The notes beneath the pieces are model-generated. The model saw only the letters and a program-made list of their open reading frames with translations. It did not search any database and was not told the DNA's origin. Below are positions 56,562 through 64,000 of a stretch of 64,000 bases of DNA, piece by piece (the first letter of the stretch is position 1; the number at the start of each line of letters is the position of its first letter). The translations under genes were made by a program, and so were the position numbers. Location: assembly GCF_003018255.1 (NCBI RefSeq), contig NZ_CP027440.1, one strand, 5' to 3'. Origin of the DNA: Escherichia coli. GTDB taxonomy: Bacteria > Pseudomonadota > Gammaproteobacteria > Enterobacterales > Enterobacteriaceae.

Positions 56562-56589
56562 GGAACTTCGCGCTATAAAACGAATCTGA
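56562..56589 (+). promoter_or_regulatory. sigma-E type promoter of degP (GGAACTT-N16-TCTGA)
   Basis: GGAACTT at 56562-56568 and TCTGA at 56585-56589 with 16-nt spacer, ~45 bp upstream of degP ATG. Confidence 0.7.
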
Positions 56590-56634
56590 AGAACACAGCA
56601 ATTTTGCGTTATCTGTTAATCGAGACTGAAATAC

Positions 56635-58059
56635 ATGAAAAAAACCACATTAGCACTGAGTGCACTGGCTCTGAGTTTAGGTTTGGCGTTATCTCCGCTC
56701 TCTGCAACGGCGGCTGAGACTTCTTCAGCAACGACAGCCCAGCAGATGCCAAGCCTTGCACCGATGCTCGAAAAGGTGATGCCTTCAGTGGTCAGCATTA
56801 ACGTAGAAGGTAGCACAACCGTTAATACGCCGCGTATGCCGCGTAATTTCCAGCAGTTCTTCGGTGATGATTCTCCGTTCTGCCAGGAAGGTTCTCCGTT
56901 CCAGAGCTCTCCGTTCTGCCAGGGGGGCCAGGGCGGTAATGGTGGCGGCCAGCAACAGAAATTCATGGCGCTGGGTTCCGGCGTCATCATTGATGCCGAT
57001 AAAGGCTATGTCGTCACCAACAACCACGTTGTTGATAACGCGACGGTGATTAAAGTCCAGCTGAGCGATGGCCGTAAGTTCGACGCGAAGATGGTTGGCA
57101 AAGATCCGCGCTCTGATATCGCGCTGATCCAGATCCAGAACCCGAAAAATCTGACCGCAATTAAGATGGCGGATTCTGATGCACTGCGCGTGGGTGATTA
57201 CACCGTAGCAATTGGTAACCCGTTTGGTCTGGGCGAGACGGTAACTTCCGGGATTGTCTCTGCGCTGGGGCGTAGCGGCCTGAATGCTGAAAACTACGAA
57301 AACTTCATCCAGACCGATGCAGCGATCAACCGTGGTAACTCCGGTGGTGCGTTGGTTAACCTGAACGGCGAACTGATCGGTATCAACACCGCGATCCTCG
57401 CACCGGACGGCGGCAACATCGGTATCGGTTTTGCTATCCCGAGTAACATGGTGAAAAACCTGACCTCGCAGATGGTGGAATACGGCCAGGTGAAACGCGG
57501 TGAGCTGGGTATTATGGGGACTGAGCTGAACTCCGAACTGGCGAAAGCGATGAAAGTTGACGCCCAGCGCGGTGCTTTCGTAAGCCAGGTTCTGCCTAAC
57601 TCCTCCGCTGCAAAAGCGGGCATTAAAGCGGGTGATGTGATCACCTCACTGAACGGTAAGCCAATCAGCAGCTTTGCCGCCCTGCGTGCTCAGGTGGGTA
57701 CTATGCCGGTGGGCAGCAAACTGACCCTGGGCTTACTGCGCGACGGTAAGCAGGTTAACGTGAACCTGGAACTGCAGCAGAGCAGCCAGAATCAGGTTGA
57801 TTCCAGCTCCATCTTCAACGGCATTGAAGGCGCTGAGATGAGCAACAAAGGCAAAGATCAGGGCGTGGTAGTGAACAACGTGAAAACGGGCACTCCGGCT
57901 GCGCAGATCGGCCTGAAAAAAGGTGATGTGATTATTGGCGCGAACCAGCAGGCAGTGAAAAACATCGCTGAACTGCGTAAAGTTCTCGACAGCAAACCGT
58001 CTGTGCTGGCACTGAACATTCAGCGCGGCGACAGCACCATCTACCTGTTAATGCAGTAA
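56635..58059 (+). CDS. degP: periplasmic serine endoprotease/chaperone DegP (HtrA)
   Basis: MKKTTLALSALALSLGLALSPLSATAAETSSATTAQQMPSLAPMLEKVMPSVVSINVEG...; GNSGGAL catalytic-serine motif, two PDZ domains. Confidence 0.96.
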   Translation: MKKTTLALSALALSLGLALSPLSATAAETSSATTAQQMPSLAPMLEKVMPSVVSINVEGSTTVNTPRMPRNFQQFFGDDSPFCQEGSPFQSSPFCQGGQGGNGGGQQQKFMALGSGVIIDADKGYVVTNNHVVDNATVIKVQLSDGRKFDAKMVGKDPRSDIALIQIQNPKNLTAIKMADSDALRVGDYTVAIGNPFGLGETVTSGIVSALGRSGLNAENYENFIQTDAAINRGNSGGALVNLNGELIGINTAILAPDGGNIGIGFAIPSNMVKNLTSQMVEYGQVKRGELGIMGTELNSELAKAMKVDAQRGAFVSQVLPNSSAAKAGIKAGDVITSLNGKPISSFAALRAQVGTMPVGSKLTLGLLRDGKQVNVNLELQQSSQNQVDSSSIFNGIEGAEMSNKGKDQGVVVNNVKTGTPAAQIGLKKGDVIIGANQQAVKNIAELRKVLDSKPSVLALNIQRGDSTIYLLMQ

Positions 58060-58065
58060 TCTCCC

Positions 58066-58100
58066 TCAACCCCTTCCTGAATACGGGAAGGGGTTCTCCT
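58066..58100 (+). terminator. hairpin AACCCCTTCC-TGAATAC-GGGAAGGGGTT downstream of degP
   Basis: perfect 10-bp stem followed by CTCCTT. Confidence 0.55.
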
Positions 58101-58213
58101 TACAATCTGTGAACTTCGCCACAACTCCATACATCTTCATCATCCTTTGGGCATTTGCACAATGCCGTACGTTACGTACTTCCTTATGCTAAGCCGTGCA
58201 TAACGGAGGACTT

Positions 58214-59371
58214 ATGGCTGGCTGGCATCTTGATACCAAAATGGCGCAGGATATCGTAGCACGTACCATGCGCATCATCGATACCAATATCAACGTAATG
58301 GATGCCCGCGGGCGAATTATCGGCAGCGGCGATCGTGAGCGTATTGGTGAATTGCACGAAGGAGCATTGCTGGTACTTTCACAGGGACGAGTCGTCGATA
58401 TCGATGACGCGGTGGCACGTCATCTGCACGGTGTGCGGCAGGGGATTAATCTACCGTTACGGCTGGAAGGTGAAATTGTCGGCGTAATTGGCCTGACAGG
58501 TGAACCAGAGAATCTGCGTAAATATGGCGAACTGGTCTGCATGACGGCTGAAATGATGCTGGAACAGTCGCGGTTGATGCACCTGTTGGCGCAGGATAGC
58601 CGTTTGCGGGAAGAACTGGTGATGAACCTCATTCAGGCTGAGGAGAATACTCCCGCACTTACTGAATGGGCGCAACGGCTGGGGATCGATCTCAATCAAC
58701 CGCGAGTGGTGGCTATTGTTGAGGTCGACAGCGGTCAGCTTGGCGTGGGCAGCGCAATGGCGGAGTTACAGCAACTGCAAAATGCGCTGACTACGCCCGA
58801 GCGTAATAATCTGGTGGCGATTGTCTCGCTAACCGAAATGGTGGTGTTGAAACCGGCGTTGAACTCTTTTGGGCGCTGGGACGCAGAAGATCATCGTAAG
58901 AGAGTTGAACAACTGATTACCCGCATGAAAGAGTATGGCCAGTTGCGTTTTCGCGTTTCGCTGGGCAACTATTTTACCGGTCCTGGCAGTATTGCCCGAT
59001 CCTATCGTACGGCGAAAACGACGATGGTAGTGGGGAAACAGCGGATGCCAGAAAGTCGCTGCTATTTTTATCAGGATCTGATGTTACCTGTGTTACTCGA
59101 CAGTTTGCGTGGCGACTGGCAGGCCAACGAACTGGCGCGACCGCTGGCGCGGCTGAAAGCGATGGATAATAACGGCTTGCTGCGACGTACGCTGGCGGCG
59201 TGGTTTCGCCATAACGTGCAGCCGCTGGCAACGTCAAAGGCGCTGTTTATTCATCGTAATACCCTGGAGTATCGGCTTAATCGTATATCGGAACTCACAG
59301 GCTTAGATCTGGGGAATTTTGATGACAGGTTATTGTTGTATGTGGCGTTACAACTGGATGAACAGCGATAG
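58214..59371 (+). CDS. cdaR: carbohydrate diacid regulator CdaR
   Basis: MAGWHLDTKMAQDIVARTMRIIDTNINVMDARGRIIGSGDRERIGELHEG...; C-terminal HTH. Confidence 0.92.
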   Translation: MAGWHLDTKMAQDIVARTMRIIDTNINVMDARGRIIGSGDRERIGELHEGALLVLSQGRVVDIDDAVARHLHGVRQGINLPLRLEGEIVGVIGLTGEPENLRKYGELVCMTAEMMLEQSRLMHLLAQDSRLREELVMNLIQAEENTPALTEWAQRLGIDLNQPRVVAIVEVDSGQLGVGSAMAELQQLQNALTTPERNNLVAIVSLTEMVVLKPALNSFGRWDAEDHRKRVEQLITRMKEYGQLRFRVSLGNYFTGPGSIARSYRTAKTTMVVGKQRMPESRCYFYQDLMLPVLLDSLRGDWQANELARPLARLKAMDNNGLLRRTLAAWFRHNVQPLATSKALFIHRNTLEYRLNRISELTGLDLGNFDDRLLLYVALQLDEQR

Positions 59372-59485
59372 GGTAAAAATAGTAAATGCCGGGAAATATG
59401 CTCGTCTTAATTCAAGTTGCATGTACGGCGACTCGAATTATTCAGCGTATACTTTACCCGGCTGGCAGAATGGCAATATGCAAAA

Positions 59486-59872
59486 TTATTTACGTGTCAG
59501 CTTTTCTAAATCTGCTTCTATCTCGCTGATTTTATTGGTCACCACTGACTCCAGGTGACGCAAGTCGTCGAGAATTTTACGCTTAAGGTCAACTTCGCTA
59601 CGATCACGCTGGCAGATTTGATCAAGCTCATCAATGATATAACGAAGATTAGGGCTGATTTCCTGAACTTCTTTATATCCCTGGCCAATACCATCGGCGA
59701 CCACCGTTTTGCGCTGACGCGGATATTTAAACTTCACACTCTTGGCGAAAAACTCGCCTTTATCTTTCTGAAAATAGATTTTCAAAATATCGTTATTGGC
59801 TTCCTGCCGGAGGCTGTAACGATCAATTTCCTCAGGATTGGTAATGCCCAAACTTTTCAGATTGTCGTACAT
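59486..59872 (-). CDS. yaeH: UPF0325 protein YaeH
   Basis: [55 protein letters not shown]... Confidence 0.9.
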   Translation of the reverse strand: MYDNLKSLGITNPEEIDRYSLRQEANNDILKIYFQKDKGEFFAKSVKFKYPRQRKTVVADGIGQGYKEVQEISPNLRYIIDELDQICQRDRSEVDLKRKILDDLRHLESVVTNKISEIEADLEKLTRK

Positions 59873-60029
59873 AGTTGTACCTCAAAAGAGTCAGTAATTG
59901 TGCTTATCTTAGCATTTCGCCTGGCGGTTTAGCTCGACGGAGATCGCAGGAAGCCTTTTCTTCCAGACTTTTATCATGGCCTAAAAATCAAAAAATTACC
60001 TGCTTTATTCTGATAAGAGAATTCGCTTT

Positions 60030-60842
60030 CTACACCAGTTCCAGGATTGTCACTTCCGGGCGGCAATTCAGACGCAAGCCATACAAACTTCCGACACCCC
60101 GAGTCGTGTAAATTTGTCGCTCACCAAAGGCATTTAAACCGGCGGCGTAGCGTTTATCTTCTATGGGCGCAAAAGGCTCACCAACCAACGGTATGCGTAA
60201 CTGCCCGCCGTGGGTGTGACCACAGAGCATCAGATCCCACTTTTCATTACGCATGACTTCTTTGCTGTCGGGATTATGCGCCAGCACCAGTCGTGGCAGA
60301 TTTGCTTCGCTGGCGGGAGGCGGTTTGCATTGTCCGGTCCATAAATCACCCGTGCCAACCAGTTCAAATTGCTGCTTTTGAGTGGTGATTAGCATGGCTT
60401 CGTTAAATAACACCGTGATCCCCGCCGATTTTAATGCCTCGCCAATTAAGCGATTTTTCTCTGTACCAACAGGGCGATCGTGGTTGCCGTAACAGGCAAA
60501 TGTCGGCGCACATTCGGCAAGGGAGGAGAGTACGTCACTAAACGCCGAAAAATTCAGCTGCATATCAAATAATACGTAATCGCCGCCCAGCAATATCAAA
60601 TCGGGCTTTTGTGCTACGCCAAGAGCAATTGCGTCAGAAATCAGGCTTAAAGGAACAAAACGAGAGTAATGGAGATCTGCCAGAAAAAGGATTTTGAAAG
60701 GAGCAGCGTTGTCTTTAAAAAAGGCGAGGCGGTGACGGATTAATTCAAGCCAGCCAGGTTCCCAATAATGCATATAGCTGAGGCTTGATCCGGCAGCTAA
60801 CGTCGCAGCGGCTGCCTGTAAAAAACGCCTGCGTGTGATCAT
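60030..60842 (-). CDS. yaeI: calcineurin-like metallophosphoesterase with twin-arginine signal
   Basis: MITRRRFLQAAAATLAAGSSLSYMHYWEPGW...; GDxxDR/GNHD metallophosphatase motifs (LGGDYV, GNHD); adjacent upstream ATG at 60845 also possible. Confidence 0.88.
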   Translation of the reverse strand: MITRRRFLQAAAATLAAGSSLSYMHYWEPGWLELIRHRLAFFKDNAAPFKILFLADLHYSRFVPLSLISDAIALGVAQKPDLILLGGDYVLFDMQLNFSAFSDVLSSLAECAPTFACYGNHDRPVGTEKNRLIGEALKSAGITVLFNEAMLITTQKQQFELVGTGDLWTGQCKPPPASEANLPRLVLAHNPDSKEVMRNEKWDLMLCGHTHGGQLRIPLVGEPFAPIEDKRYAAGLNAFGERQIYTTRGVGSLYGLRLNCRPEVTILELV

Positions 60843-60894
60843 CATCCATCCCTGCAAAAAATCGGGCAGCGTCATGCTGCCCGTGTACTGATTT

Positions 60895-61719
60895 TTAGTC
60901 GATGGTACGCAGCAGTTCGTTAATGCCGACTTTGCCGCGAGTTTTCGCGTCAACTTTCTTAACGATAACTGCACAATAAAGGCTGTATTTGCCATCTTTC
61001 GACGGCAGGTTGCCAGAAACAACCACCGAACCAGCCGGAACGCGACCGTAGTGGATTTCGCCGGTTTCACGGTCGTAAATACGGGTGCTCTGACCAATGT
61101 ATACGCCCATAGAGATGACGGAACCTTCTTCGACAATCACCCCTTCAACCACTTCAGAGCGTGCACCGATGAAGCAATTATCTTCAATAATGGTCGGGTT
61201 AGCCTGCAGCGGCTCCAGCACGCCGCCGATGCCTACACCGCCAGACAGATGGACGTTTTTACCAATTTGTGCACAGGAACCGACAGTGGCCCAGGTATCA
61301 ACCATAGTGCCTTCATCAACATATGCGCCGATGTTGACGTAAGACGGCATCAGCACGGTGTTACGGGCAATAAATGCACCCTGACGTACCGCCGCTGGTG
61401 GCACAACGCGGAAGCCTTCTTTCTGAAAACGCGCTTCGTCGTAGTCGGCGAATTTCATCGGCACTTTATCGAAGTAGCGGCTTTCTGCCCCTTCGATCAC
61501 CTGATTATCATTAATACGGAAAGAGAGCAGCACCGCTTTTTTCAACCACTGATGCGTCACCCACTGACCGTCAATTTTTTCCGCTACACGCAGTGCGCCG
61601 GAATCCAGCAGGGCGATCACCTGATTTACCGCTTCGCGGGTTACGGTGTCTGCATTGGCTGGCGTGATCTCGGCACGGCGTTCAAAAGCGGTTTCAATAA
61701 TGTTCTGTAACTGCTGCAT
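60895..61719 (-). CDS. dapD: 2,3,4,5-tetrahydropyridine-2,6-dicarboxylate N-succinyltransferase
   Basis: [53 protein letters not shown]... Confidence 0.96.
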
Positions 61720-61749
61720 TGTTAAACTCTTTTCATATCAGTAAACACA

Positions 61750-64000
<2,251 letters not shown>

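Noticed and set aside
59372-59485. 79-aa ORF 59319-59558 spanning the cdaR-yaeH intergenic region
   Set aside because: Overlaps the 3' ends of both convergent genes, no SD, Cys/Tyr-rich improbable composition; likely spurious.

Overview
This window is a contiguous stretch of Escherichia coli core chromosome, syntenic with the K-12 aceE-to-glnD interval: aceE(3' part)-aceF-lpd, yacH, acnB, yacL, speED, yacC, cueO, gcd, hpt, can, yadGHI, yadE, panD, rpnC(yadD), panCB, the yad chaperone-usher fimbrial operon (yadN-yadV-htrE-yadMLKC), folK-pcnB, gluQ-dksA, sfsA, thpR, hrpB, mrcB, fhuACDB, hemL, clcA, erpA, yadS, btuF-mtnN, dgt, degP, cdaR, yaeH, yaeI, dapD and glnD(3' part). I called 53 intact or window-truncated protein genes plus one frame-disrupted gene fragment, all identified by recognising the translated ORFs; no rRNA, tRNA, CRISPR array, IS element or prophage was seen. 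The sequence is not identical to K-12 as I remember it, and the differences are the interesting part. (1) The rpnC locus: rpnC has an internal Shine-Dalgarno plus in-frame ATG in front of its repeat-containing C-terminal tail, and is followed by a second, orphan tail cassette with its own SD+ATG whose frame is broken by a perfect 13-bp tandem duplication. (2) fhuA is a mosaic allele whose central ~1.9 kb is AT-richer and strongly divergent in the protein, while both ends look K-12-like. (3) The yad fimbrial island is AT-rich, has a different-length YadC, and carries a perfect 16-bp inverted repeat in its promoter region. (4) yacH appears to have one fewer ~96-bp repeat unit than K-12. No wholly new multi-gene system is evident; the rpnC tail-cassette arrangement is the best candidate for something not yet described. 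All comparisons with K-12 are from memory and need alignment to confirm.
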